Source: an uncultured Verrucomicrobiae bacterium
GTDB taxonomy: Bacteria > Verrucomicrobiota > Verrucomicrobiia > Limisphaerales > Palsa-1400
Direction of reading: 5' to 3'
DNA length: 64,000 bases
NCBI GenBank assembly: GCA_963702845.1
Contig: OY969763.1
Location: forward strand, 2,272,001 to 2,336,000
The notes beneath the pieces were generated by a model. It was not told the DNA's origin, ran no database searches, and worked only from the letters and a program-made list of their open reading frames with translations. Shown piece by piece: positions 1 to 9,163 of the stretch (the stretch's first letter is position 1; each line of letters opens with the position of its first letter). The position numbers and the translations under genes are program-made.

Positions 1-115
1 TCGCTGCTGGGTGCGGATTGCCTGAGCCCGCCGGAGCCAAAACTCGCGGTAAAACAAACGGCGTCGCCGCCGCCAACAAAGTCATCGTAAAAACCATTCG
101 TCCGGATGTGTGCAT
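1..115 (-). CDS. Partial CDS, N-terminus of a probable secreted protein (runs off window)
   Basis: ATG at 115 preceded by GGAGGT RBS; open frame MHTSGRMVFTMTLLAAATPFVLPRVLAPAG... to the window edge. Confidence 0.5.
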   Translation of the reverse strand, partial: MHTSGRMVFTMTLLAAATPFVLPRVLAPAGSGNPHPAA

Positions 116-420
116 TTAAAACCTCCGTCTGAAAGTCGCCCCTCACTTTGGCCCTGTCAATATAAGGCATTGGCTGAATTTGGACACGGTGAGGAGCATT
201 GATTTGATTGCGACCAAACAGAGCCGCGCGCGTGAGAAGTGGTTTGGCAGGCATGACACCGATCGGAGAAAACCGCTTGTTCACGCGCACGGCTCTGTTT
301 TTTGGAGCTTTCACTCTCTTGTCCTCTCATCCAAAAGCGCCAGCAATTTCATCTCGGAATGGCTCGTCGGTTTGGATCGCAAACCGGATGGAGTGAACCT
401 GCTTGTCCTGAGTCCTGTAA

Positions 421-747
421 TTATTTCTCGCGATACTCAGTCGCCTCCGCCAATGCCTCTACGGCGACGGCAGCGATGAGAGCGGTCAGCAATAGGCCGC
501 ACAGCCCTATGGTTACGGCCAGCAGGCGCGTGAGCAGAAACTTGGGCGCGATGTCACCGTATCCAATGGTCAAGCCGGTAACGAATGCGAAATAGATCGA
601 CTCATGGATGGACCAGCCTTCGCGCAGACCAACCACTAGGCCGAGCGCGACAATTAGAATGAGGATGGTTGACAGGATCGGCCACACTACGCCCAAGCCA
701 CGCAATAGCCCCTTGAGGAATTTTCGTCTTAATGTGCGTTGGTCCAT
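421..747 (-). CDS. Small 2-TM potassium channel family protein
   Basis: SIYFAFVTGLTIGYGDIAP pore/selectivity-filter motif between two hydrophobic helices; ATG at 747. Confidence 0.85.
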   Translation of the reverse strand: MDQRTLRRKFLKGLLRGLGVVWPILSTILILIVALGLVVGLREGWSIHESIYFAFVTGLTIGYGDIAPKFLLTRLLAVTIGLCGLLLTALIAAVAVEALAEATEYREK

Positions 748-837
748 GCTGTCTCCCAATCTAGCACGTGAAGCCGTTTCTCGGCGGACTGTCTAATCAT
801 TGATGCGCTGGAGTTTTCATCGGGGAGAATTTCGGAT

Positions 838-1043
838 CAACGCAGAGGCGCAGAGATGGGAAGGCGCAAAGGAAGGATTGTTGAACCACCAAGGTGTGAA
901 AAGTTTAAATTTCAGATTACAGACAGCGATACCGACCAGCAAAATTCTATGTCTCAAACAGTCTGACACTGCTGCGGACATGGAGCCGAACGTCGGCCTC
1001 GCATCGCGCACTCCGCCACGCTCCGCGCCGGATGGCGCGGAGC
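838..1043. repeat. Intergenic mosaic of short repeats with a GC hairpin
   Basis: aacgcagaggcgcagag and ttgaaccaccaagg motifs (related reverse copies near 32385-32403 and 34980-35008); perfect hairpin GCTCCGCGCC-GGAT-GGCGCGGAGC at 1020-1043. Confidence 0.55.
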
Positions 1044-1062
1044 AAAATACGGGATGGGTTTT

Positions 1063-1815
1063 TTAGGGCGAAATGGTTTGGTATTGGGTGACGCCGTTGA
1101 CGAAGACGGGTCGGTAGTAGATGCCGTTGAATTGGTAGGCGACACCGCCATTGAAGGCGACTTGAACGGCGCCGGGCGGGGGTTCGGGGACGATGACGCC
1201 GAGGGGCGGCGGCACTAAAGCGAAGGTGCCGTCGGGTTGTTGTTGGTAGAAGGCACCGCCAGCGTAGTAGAAGACCTGGCCGTTGGGAGCGATGACTTCA
1301 AAGGAGCCTTCGGGCGGTTGCGGGAGGACGGCGCCTAAAGGTGGATAGACTTCTTCGTAGCCACCGGGCGCGGATTGATAGTAGATGCCGCCGTAATAGA
1401 AATACGGCAGGCCGCCGATATTGAACCTGAGATAACCGCCCGGCAGACGATCGAAACGGCGACCGCGCGCGAAATCGTTCCAGTAGTGATGAGTATGAAC
1501 ATCGATGTCGGCGTCGTGGTGAACGTAATAGTTTGGACGGCCGCCAGCAACGACGACGCCACGGTGTTCTTCATGGCGGACTTCGGGTGCGCGGACGATA
1601 TGGGTTTCTTCATGGCGAAGGCTGCCGTGATTGGATCGTTCGACGGTGCCAGCATGTGGCGCGACGGTGGGACCGCGTGGAGCAAAGCCGCTAGCGTGTC
1701 CGCCACCGACGTTTACCGGATGTCCGCCGCCACCACGTCCATCACGTTGGGCGAACGACAGAAACGGCATTGTTATCGCACAAAGACCAACGAGAAAAAG
1801 TGTGCGCGTTTTCAT
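1063..1815 (-). CDS. Secreted Gly/His/Pro-rich protein (DUF6515-like)
   Basis: Signal peptide MKTRTLFLVGLCA, GGAGG RBS, repeated YYxGGxYY...VxPPLG motifs; start overlaps the upstream stop. Confidence 0.7.
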   Translation of the reverse strand: MKTRTLFLVGLCAITMPFLSFAQRDGRGGGGHPVNVGGGHASGFAPRGPTVAPHAGTVERSNHGSLRHEETHIVRAPEVRHEEHRGVVVAGGRPNYYVHHDADIDVHTHHYWNDFARGRRFDRLPGGYLRFNIGGLPYFYYGGIYYQSAPGGYEEVYPPLGAVLPQPPEGSFEVIAPNGQVFYYAGGAFYQQQPDGTFALVPPPLGVIVPEPPPGAVQVAFNGGVAYQFNGIYYRPVFVNGVTQYQTISP

Positions 1816-2627
1816 TTGGCCTCCGTTTGATGAGGTTGGACTGAGCTGCGCACTTCTTTCACGGGGATTTTTGACGCACCGGGCGGAGGATCGAATTTGA
1901 AGACGAAGTCCGGCAAGGGCGTGATGAAATCCCAGTTGTTGAAGATGGCGGTGAACTCGGGTGTGCCGGGTTCGTCTTTGTAGGTGATGAGGAATTTTTT
2001 CGGGACAGGACGCGCGCCGGATTCGATCCAGACTTGCCAATCGATGTTGCCCTGGGTGAAGGCGAGGTGTTCACACGGGGTACCAAGAACGGTTGTGGGG
2101 CCGATGTCGGTGCCGGATTGGACGCTGCGCGAAAGGTCGTGATAGGGGTCGCTGCGGAGGAAATCTTCGAGCGGCATGTTGATGCCGAAGCGTTCCACGG
2201 CGGTGTCCATGGCCTGATCGAGCGAACCGGAAACGGGAACGGTGCCGTAGAAGTTTTGGACGCGATTCAGCAGGGTAATGTTGTGACCGTCATAGGTGAG
2301 CTGGCGATTGCGGCGGGTCGATTGGACGTCGATACGCAATCGGTCTGGACGACGGACCTGGAATGCAAGGGTGCGCGACGCCTGGACTTGTTGACCGGAG
2401 GAGAGTTGAACGTCTTGCCAGATATCGGCCTTAAACGAGAAAGTTTTTGCGTGCTGAAGGTAGTCGGCCATCCGGTGCAACCAATCGTCGGCGCGGGGAT
2501 CGATGGTGCGGTCGTCATTTGCGGCCAAGGCGGAGGATCCAACGAGTGCGATGGCCGTGAACAGACAGAGCCATTGGCGGACCGGAGGGATTTTTCGAAG
2601 GGATGACGTTGATAAGTTCATAAGCAT
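1812..2627 (-). CDS. DUF2092 family periplasmic protein
   Basis: Signal peptide; VRRPDRLRID, YDG, CEHLAFTQGNIDWQVWI and FKFDPPPGA motifs. Confidence 0.85.
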   Translation of the reverse strand: MLMNLSTSSLRKIPPVRQWLCLFTAIALVGSSALAANDDRTIDPRADDWLHRMADYLQHAKTFSFKADIWQDVQLSSGQQVQASRTLAFQVRRPDRLRIDVQSTRRNRQLTYDGHNITLLNRVQNFYGTVPVSGSLDQAMDTAVERFGINMPLEDFLRSDPYHDLSRSVQSGTDIGPTTVLGTPCEHLAFTQGNIDWQVWIESGARPVPKKFLITYKDEPGTPEFTAIFNNWDFITPLPDFVFKFDPPPGASKIPVKEVRSSVQPHQTEAK

Positions 2628-2749
2628 ATTGAATCAAGGAGCCGATTGAGCTAGTTCGCGACACGCCTCTGCGCCGCCTTAGGCAGAGTTAGTTTTCTGA
2701 ACACGGCAAAAACCGTAAAACTCGGCGACGCTGAACGGGATCCCGCGAC

Positions 2750-2929
2750 TTAAGCCGCGAGTTCTTGTTCGTCTGCGGCGACCAATTGCCGGCTCTTAAA
2801 ACTTGAGCCGGTGTCGGATACTGCTGTCACATGGGGCGACGGGTTAACTTCCTCCTGCTCACTGCCCATTTCGACGCGGGCCAATTCCAACCACTTCACG
2901 AACCACTCCTCGGAACTCCATTGACTCAT
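2750..2929 (-). CDS. Putative 59-aa acidic small protein ending in ...ADEQELAA
   Basis: Hand-translated MSQWSSEEWFVKWLELARVEMGSEQEEVNPSPHVTAVSDTGSSFKSRQLVAADEQELAA*; below the ORF-track cutoff. Confidence 0.45.
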   Translation of the reverse strand: MSQWSSEEWFVKWLELARVEMGSEQEEVNPSPHVTAVSDTGSSFKSRQLVAADEQELAA

Positions 2930-3061
2930 GGTTTAATGTGCCCCGTAGTGGCGAGACGTTCTACCCGAGTCGGTGTGTGGGCGATTCGGCAGGGTTAAAA
3001 CACAATTCACCCTGACGCGGCAATGCGAGTGTTGGGCGGGAGTCAAGGGAGAGGAACTGAA

Positions 3062-3153
3062 AAACTTCAAATGCCAAACTTCAGAGAAGCTCTAAACTTC
3101 AAAATTCAATCTTCGGGTCGGGAAAAGGCGCTCGCGGAGCGAATCGCCCTACC
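3062..3153. repeat. Composite repeat copy 1 (heptamer-periodic part plus GTAG-type palindrome)
   Basis: aaacttcaaatgccaaacttca at 3062-3083 and ggcgctcgcggagcgaatcgccctacc at 3127-3153. Confidence 0.7.
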
Positions 3154-3215
3154 AATGGATTGAAACCACTGGATTCGCATTGACCACGAGGGCGCTTTTC
3201 TTACTCTCTCGCGCA

Positions 3216-3755
3216 ATGGAAGCGCCTGAAGTCCCGTTGGAACAATCTCAAGAGCATATTAATGAACATGCCCACCATTCGAAGGTGAGCTGGATTCTCG
3301 GTGTGGCGCTGACGTCGGCTTTGCTGGCGGCGTTTGCGGCGGTGGCGTCGCTCATGGCCGGCGGGCATGCAAATGAAGCGATGATGGAACAGATGCAGTC
3401 GTCGGATCAATGGGCGTATTACCAGGCCAAAGGTATTAAGGCGGGGGTGCTGGCGGCGAAGGTTGATTTGTTGAAGGCTTTAGGGAAACCGGTCAGTGCG
3501 GCGGATGAAGAGAAGCAGGTGGAATATAAGAAGGAACAAAAAGAGATTCAGGAGATTGCGGAGCACAAGACGAAGGAGTCGAAGGGGCACTTGCACGTGC
3601 ATGAGATTCTGGCGCGGTCGGTGACGATGTTCCAGGTGGCGATCGCGGTTTCGGCGATTTCGGTGCTGACAAAAAGACAGCGGTTTTGGTATGTGGGAAT
3701 TGGGTTTGGAGTGGTGGGAGTGGCGTGTTTTGTGCAGGGACTTTTGGTGCGATAG
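3216..3755 (+). CDS. DUF4337 family membrane protein
   Basis: MEAPEVPLE start, ALTSALLAAFAAVASL, SDQWAYYQAKGIK, FQVAIAVSAISVLT. Confidence 0.8.
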   Translation: MEAPEVPLEQSQEHINEHAHHSKVSWILGVALTSALLAAFAAVASLMAGGHANEAMMEQMQSSDQWAYYQAKGIKAGVLAAKVDLLKALGKPVSAADEEKQVEYKKEQKEIQEIAEHKTKESKGHLHVHEILARSVTMFQVAIAVSAISVLTKRQRFWYVGIGFGVVGVACFVQGLLVR

Positions 3756-3764
3756 CGGAAACCC

Positions 3765-3833
3765 AAACTTCAAATGCCAAACTTCAAAGAAGATTCAAAT
3801 CTCAAGCGGCGCTCGTGGAGCGAGTGCCCTGCC
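3765..3833. repeat. Composite repeat copy 2
   Basis: Identical 22-mer aaacttcaaatgccaaacttca at 3765-3786 and ggcgctcgtggagcgagtgccctgcc at 3808-3833. Confidence 0.7.
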
Positions 3834-3848
3834 AGTGGTTTTTGTCTC

Positions 3849-3877
3849 TTGAATACTAGAAACGACTCACCTACAAT
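3849..3877 (+). promoter_or_regulatory. Sigma70-type promoter of surA-pdxA
   Basis: TTGAAT-17 bp-TACAAT, about 10 nt upstream of the start codon. Confidence 0.6.
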
Positions 3878-3886
3878 TTTTTTGCC

Positions 3887-4852
3887 TTGATGAGACGTTT
3901 TCCAATTCTTGCACTTATTCTCTTAGCTACGGCGGCTCGCGCCGAATTGCTCGACGGTATTAATGTGATCGTGAATGAGTCGATCGTCACTTACGACGAG
4001 GTCGAGCGGCAGCTGGAACCGAACGCGCGCACGCTGGCGATGACGTATCCAAATGATATCGCGGCGTTTCAATCGGCGATGGCGAGCAACCGGATCGATA
4101 TCGTGCGTGGTCGCGTTGAAGGCAAGCTGATCATGGATGAGTTCAAGTCCAAGATGAACGGTGGGGATTTGCCGGAAAGCATTTTGGAAGACGAAATCAA
4201 AACTGAGTTACACAAGAATTTTAACGGTGACCGCGCTTCGATGACGAAGACATTGCGCGAGAAAGGGATTACTACGGAAATGTACCGCGAGCAGATTCGC
4301 GAGCGCATTATCGTCGAGTACATGCAGCAGAAGCAGATTTCGAACGATAAGATTATTATTTCGCCAGCGAAGATTGAATCGTTTTACGCGAGTCACGCAG
4401 AGGTGTTCAAGGTAGGTGACCAGGTGAAGTTGCGCATGATTACGTTGACGAAACCGGCGGATGGGGCCGAGGGAGCGCGCAAAATTGCCGCGGAAATTAT
4501 TCGCAATGTGGATGGCGGCGCGCCATTCGCGGAGATGGCTTCGATTTATTCGGCTGGCCCGGAACGAACCAAAGGCGGCGACCGCGGTTGGGTGGGTCGC
4601 GACAGCGGAATGCACGCGGATCTGGTGAAGGCGATGTTTTTACTGAAGGCAGGCCAACATAGCGGAATTGTTGAGTTGCCAGAATCGGTGCACATTTTGT
4701 ATGTAGAAGAAGCCAAACCCGAGCACATCAAGCCGCTTGCAGATGTTCGTGACGAGATTCAGCAGAAGCTTCGAATCGACGAACGGCGCCGGCTTTACGA
4801 TCGCTGGGTGGCGCGATTGAAGAACAAAGCGTTTGTTCGATATGTCGATTAA
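3887..4852 (+). CDS. surA: SurA-like parvulin peptidyl-prolyl isomerase
   Basis: Signal peptide, VNESIVT N-domain, FAEMASIYS and GGDRGW rotamase motifs; directly upstream of pdxA. Confidence 0.8.
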   Translation: MMRRFPILALILLATAARAELLDGINVIVNESIVTYDEVERQLEPNARTLAMTYPNDIAAFQSAMASNRIDIVRGRVEGKLIMDEFKSKMNGGDLPESILEDEIKTELHKNFNGDRASMTKTLREKGITTEMYREQIRERIIVEYMQQKQISNDKIIISPAKIESFYASHAEVFKVGDQVKLRMITLTKPADGAEGARKIAAEIIRNVDGGAPFAEMASIYSAGPERTKGGDRGWVGRDSGMHADLVKAMFLLKAGQHSGIVELPESVHILYVEEAKPEHIKPLADVRDEIQQKLRIDERRRLYDRWVARLKNKAFVRYVD

Positions 4853-4858
4853 CCGGCT

Positions 4859-5854
4859 ATGACAGGTTGGATTGCCATCGCTCTTGGCGACGTAACCGGC
4901 ATCGGGCCGGAAGTAACACTGAAGGCGCTCGCTGCCGAAGCGAACGTCGACGAAACCAAATATCTCATCATCGGTGACCCCGGCGTGCTCGTGCGCACGA
5001 ATGAGAAGTTTGGGATTAACCTGCCGCTGACTCGCTATTCGGATGGGCCGAAGGGCCAGTTTTTCGTCCACGATCCCCTGCCCGATGAGTTGCCAAAAGG
5101 ACTTTCGGCGGGTTCCCCTGCGGCGGCGCGCGCGGCTTTGGCGTGGCTGACGGATGGCGCGCAACGGTGTTTGAAGCAGGAAATGGATGCGCTGGTGACG
5201 GCACCGGTCAACAAGGAAGCGATTTTGCGGAGCGGCCAGCCATTCATTGGCCAGACGGAATTTCTCAGTTCGCTCGCGGGCACGGAAAAGACTGCAATGA
5301 TGTTGCTCGGCGATGATGGCAGCGGTAGATGGTTGCGGGTGACTCTCGTGACGACACATGTTCCGATGAAGCTGTTGGCCACTCAGATTCGCGCGGACAA
5401 GATTGAACTGGCGATTCGACTGGCGAACCAGGCGTGTGCGGATTTGAAGTTGTCGCGCTGTCGCATCGGTGTTTGCGGATTGAACCCGCACGCTGGTGAA
5501 GGCGGCGAACTTGGCCGCGAAGAAATCGATATTATCGAACCGGTGGTGAAAGCGGCGCGCCAGCAAGGCATCAACGTGGCGGGACCGTTTGCGGCTGATA
5601 CTTTATTTCATTATGCATATCGCGGTGACTACGAGGTGGTCGTCGCGATGTATCACGATCAGGGGCTTGCGCCGTTGAAGATGGTGGCGTTTGACAATGG
5701 CGTGAACTGGACATTGGGGCTTCCCTTTATTCGGACGTCGCCCGATCACGGGACGGCTTATGATATTGCCGGGCATGGGAAGGCGAATCCTTCCAGCATG
5801 AGGTCGGCGATTCGGTTGGCTAAGCAGTTGGCGGCGAATCGCGGGAAGAAGTAG
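4859..5854 (+). CDS. pdxA: 4-hydroxythreonine-4-phosphate dehydrogenase
   Basis: GDVTGIGPE, TAPVNK, GLNPHAGE, AMYHDQGL, RTSPDHGTAYDIAG. Confidence 0.95.
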   Translation: MTGWIAIALGDVTGIGPEVTLKALAAEANVDETKYLIIGDPGVLVRTNEKFGINLPLTRYSDGPKGQFFVHDPLPDELPKGLSAGSPAAARAALAWLTDGAQRCLKQEMDALVTAPVNKEAILRSGQPFIGQTEFLSSLAGTEKTAMMLLGDDGSGRWLRVTLVTTHVPMKLLATQIRADKIELAIRLANQACADLKLSRCRIGVCGLNPHAGEGGELGREEIDIIEPVVKAARQQGINVAGPFAADTLFHYAYRGDYEVVVAMYHDQGLAPLKMVAFDNGVNWTLGLPFIRTSPDHGTAYDIAGHGKANPSSMRSAIRLAKQLAANRGKK

Positions 5855-5871
5855 GACTTCAAACCAGGGTG

Positions 5872-5913
5872 CCTCCTCGCCCCGGCCCTCTCCTCCCGAG
5901 GATGAGAGGGAGA
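5872..5913. repeat. Palindromic REP-like element
   Basis: ccggccctctcctcccgaggatgagagggaga, with ccctctc...gagaggg arms, between convergent genes. Confidence 0.5.
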
Positions 5914-5925
5914 AAACTCTGAACC

Positions 5926-6081
5926 TTAGTGGCTGAGGATGCCGATCTTAGTGACGGCGGCGATGAAACCGAGCGCGCCAATGATCAAAAGCCAGAAGTT
6001 GCCATGGGTGGCCATGACGACGCCGGTGACCAAAATAGCTCCCATAATTACCCATGCCAGAAGTGCTAAGAAAACGTTCAT
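5926..6081 (-). CDS. 51-aa two-TM small membrane protein
   Basis: Hand-translated MNVFLALLAWVIMGAILVTGVVMATHGNFWLLIIGALGFIAAVTKIGILSH*; co-oriented just downstream of ampG. Confidence 0.65.
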   Translation of the reverse strand: MNVFLALLAWVIMGAILVTGVVMATHGNFWLLIIGALGFIAAVTKIGILSH

Positions 6082-6114
6082 TCGCGGGCTAATTTAGCTA
6101 GTTGCGTCGTTCAA

Positions 6115-8037
6115 TCAAGTTTTCTTCGCCTGTTCAGTTTTCTTCCCGAATTGCGGGTCGACCTTCAGCGACATGGCGATGATGAATCCGGGGATTGCGG
6201 ACATCAGCACCCAGGTGAAGAAGTGTTTGTAGCCGATCAAATCCGCCACATACCCACTCCACATGCCGGGCAGCATCATGCCGAGGGCCATGAAGCCGGT
6301 GCAGATGGCGTAGTGCGCGGTCTTGTGAGGGCCGTCGGCAAAATAGAGTAGATACAACATGAATGCGGTGAAGCCGAGGCCGTAACCAAATTGTTCGACC
6401 GCTACAGAACCGCAAATGAGCAGGAAGTTGTCGGGCTGCGTGTAGGAGAGAAATAGGAATACCAGTTTCGGCAGGTACATGGCGCCGACCATGAAGGGCA
6501 GCATTCGCTTGAGACCATGTTTGGCGGCGAGGAAACCGCCGAGCAATCCACCGCCGGTCAGCGCAAGGATGCCAAAGGTGCCATAGGCAAGGCCGAGTTG
6601 GCTTGTGGAGAGGCCGATGCCGCCGTTTTCACGGCTGTCGAGTAGGAATGGCGAGAGGACTTTGCTGAGCTGCGCTTCATCGAAGCGATACAAGAGAATG
6701 AACGCCATCGCCATGAGGATCCCGGGCTTTTTAAAGAAGGAGCCGAGCGTGGCAAAGAATTCGCCAGTGAGACTGCGGTTGGTCACGACTGGACCATCGT
6801 TGGCCGGGCGCGGCAGAACAAAGCTGTGCCAGCAGCTAAAGGCGAGAAATAAACCGGCGACGACGAACAACGTGATAGACCATGCAACAGGAATGTTTCC
6901 GGAACTGGCGACGAAGGTGACTTCCGTGTCGCTCTTCAGTTTCGGATCGAGTTGGATGACGGCCATGGCGGGTTGATTCCAATTTTTGGAATTGAAGACG
7001 AAACGTTCTCCTTCGATGAGGCGGAAGCCTTTATCGCTCTTTCCGAGACCGATGTATTCGATGCCGCTAAGTTTGCGGCCGAGATTTACTGCGACTTCGT
7101 GGCCGGGATCTTTTGAAAGCGAGAGGTAGATAGCGGCGACGTTACCAGCGACGGGTGCGGCGGCTGATTTGGGTGGTTTCGGAAAATGGCCTTTCAGGAA
7201 ATTGCCGAGCGGTTCGGAAACGGATGTGGTCCACCAAGTCTTGCCCATATCTGCTTTTGGTGCGGGCGCGGAATCGTCGACGATAAAACCATTCGAGCGG
7301 TTCCACAACTTGGCGCGGTCGATGACGATTTTGGCTTCCTCGGCGCTGCGATCGCTGGTTTGGACCTGGACTGTGGCGGGCTGAACCATCAGGTGGAGAT
7401 CGCCGGAATCGGATTGTGTTCGAATGGCAGAGGCTTCGAGCAGTTGCTGTTGCACGGCGGAAGTTTTGGCGGTGACGGGGACTTCGAGTGGGGCCAATCC
7501 ATTTCTACTTTCGAGCACGCCCGCGAGGACGACGAGGAGGCCGCTGCCGACGATCATGGCGGTGCGATAAAATGTGCTGCGCAATCCGACCCACCATGCT
7601 TGTTCGTGCTTGGACATGCTGAGCATGTAGAAGCCGTCGGCGGCGATGTCGTGCGTGGCGGAGGCAAAAGCCATGATCCAGAAAAGGAAGAGCGACAGTT
7701 TGAAAAAGCCGCTGCTCGGGACGGAAAACGCGACTGAGGCCAAGCCGAGCGAAACGAGAAATTGCATTGCGACGACCCAGAATCGTTTCGTGCGGGTGAT
7801 GTCGACGAAAGGACTCCACAGCGGTTTGATGACCCAAGGCAAATAGAGCCAGCTTGTGTAGAGCGCGATGTCAGTATTGGAGATGCCGAGGCGTTTGTAC
7901 ATCACGACGGACATGGTCATGACGATGACGTACGGGATGCCTTGCGAGAAATAGAGGCTGGGCACCCAAAGCCATGGGTTGCGCTGTTTGCTGGTACCTT
8001 CAATGGCGGAAACCGGCTTGGATTGGGTTGTTTCCAT
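6115..8037 (-). CDS. ampG: AmpG-family muropeptide MFS transporter with a large loop insertion
   Basis: LYFSQGIP, LPWVIKPLWSPFVD, SATHDIAADGFY, KTAHYAICTGFMALG; adjacent to a GH3 gene. Confidence 0.85.
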   Translation of the reverse strand: METTQSKPVSAIEGTSKQRNPWLWVPSLYFSQGIPYVIVMTMSVVMYKRLGISNTDIALYTSWLYLPWVIKPLWSPFVDITRTKRFWVVAMQFLVSLGLASVAFSVPSSGFFKLSLFLFWIMAFASATHDIAADGFYMLSMSKHEQAWWVGLRSTFYRTAMIVGSGLLVVLAGVLESRNGLAPLEVPVTAKTSAVQQQLLEASAIRTQSDSGDLHLMVQPATVQVQTSDRSAEEAKIVIDRAKLWNRSNGFIVDDSAPAPKADMGKTWWTTSVSEPLGNFLKGHFPKPPKSAAAPVAGNVAAIYLSLSKDPGHEVAVNLGRKLSGIEYIGLGKSDKGFRLIEGERFVFNSKNWNQPAMAVIQLDPKLKSDTEVTFVASSGNIPVAWSITLFVVAGLFLAFSCWHSFVLPRPANDGPVVTNRSLTGEFFATLGSFFKKPGILMAMAFILLYRFDEAQLSKVLSPFLLDSRENGGIGLSTSQLGLAYGTFGILALTGGGLLGGFLAAKHGLKRMLPFMVGAMYLPKLVFLFLSYTQPDNFLLICGSVAVEQFGYGLGFTAFMLYLLYFADGPHKTAHYAICTGFMALGMMLPGMWSGYVADLIGYKHFFTWVLMSAIPGFIIAMSLKVDPQFGKKTEQAKKT

Positions 8038-8038
8038 A

Positions 8039-9094
8039 TTATTTGGATGCGGATAGCTTTTGTTTCAAGGTCATAACGCGGCGATAGGATTCGTCGATGC
8101 GCGATTCGGGGATTTTTCCAGAACTCACCAAATCAAAAATAATATCCGATGCTTTTTCACCGATATTGACGGTGAAGTTCATGTTGTTGCCGAAACAAAG
8201 CAGATCAATGCCGGCTTCGACGGCGTATTGAATCGCGGTTTCGAGACCATAATGGCCGGAAATGGCTTTCATTTCCATGTCGTCGCTCAAGATAACGCCG
8301 TTGAATCCGAGGCGTTGGCGGAGGATTCCATTGAGGACGGCGCGTGACAACGTCGCGGGGCGTTCGGGATCCAGATTGGCGTTGAACACGTGCGCGGTCA
8401 TGATGGTGTCGCAGACACCGGCATCGATCATGCGCTTAAACGGGATGAGTTCTTTGTCGGTCCAGTTCTTCGTCACGTTAACCAGGCCGAGATGCGTATC
8501 GCCTTGAGCGCTACCGTGTCCGGGAAAATGTTTGGCACAGGTCAGAATGCCGTGCTTGTGGTGCGCGCGGGTAAATTCAATCGCATGGCGCGCGACTTTT
8601 TCGGGGTCACTGGAAAAGCTGCGCTTTTTGCCCTTGATGATCGGGTTGTCTGGGTTGGCGTCGAGATCGACAACGGGCGCGAGGTTTAAATTGATTTCGG
8701 CTTTCGCCAATGTGTTGGCGATACCTTCGGCGTGCACGAATGTATTCGCAAGATCGTCCATGGCCCCGAGTTCTTCATGCGACACACTTTCCGGGAAACC
8801 GTAAGTGGACTTGAGACGATTGACGCGACCGCCTTCCTGGTCGATGGAAATAAAGATGGGCGTTTTGGCGCGGGCGTGCAACGAGGCGCAGAGCGCTTTT
8901 AATTGTTCAGGTGATTTGACGTTGCGACCGGGTAAAGTTTTGTCAGCCATTTCCTGGTCGAACAAGACGACGCCGCCGATGTTGCGTTCACGCAAATCGT
9001 GCGAGATGGCGTCCACGTCAGAAACTTCATAACCGCGAAAACCGATCAGCAACATCTGTCCGATCTTGTCGCGAAGCGTCGGGGTTCGATTCAT
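8039..9094 (-). CDS. nagZ: GH3 beta-N-acetylhexosaminidase
   Basis: IDQEGGRVNRL, NLAPVVD, KHFPGHG(x)4DTH, SDDMEM. Confidence 0.9.
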   Translation of the reverse strand: MNRTPTLRDKIGQMLLIGFRGYEVSDVDAISHDLRERNIGGVVLFDQEMADKTLPGRNVKSPEQLKALCASLHARAKTPIFISIDQEGGRVNRLKSTYGFPESVSHEELGAMDDLANTFVHAEGIANTLAKAEINLNLAPVVDLDANPDNPIIKGKKRSFSSDPEKVARHAIEFTRAHHKHGILTCAKHFPGHGSAQGDTHLGLVNVTKNWTDKELIPFKRMIDAGVCDTIMTAHVFNANLDPERPATLSRAVLNGILRQRLGFNGVILSDDMEMKAISGHYGLETAIQYAVEAGIDLLCFGNNMNFTVNIGEKASDIIFDLVSSGKIPESRIDESYRRVMTLKQKLSASK

Positions 9095-9163
9095 CGGGCG
9101 CTTACCTTAAATCCGAAGGCCCCCTGCACACAACGCAAACCTGCGCTATTGTTAACAAGGGTT

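Noticed and set aside
1020..1043. Intrinsic terminator
   Set aside because: The hairpin is not followed by a U-tract on either strand; treated as a repeat
1816..2040. N-terminal extension of the 325-aa ORF
   Set aside because: Overlaps DUF2092; RBS and signal peptide indicate a start at 1815
2640..2960. Intact tmRNA gene
   Set aside because: No recognisable acceptor stem, T-arm or CCA end; only the tag-like part resembles it
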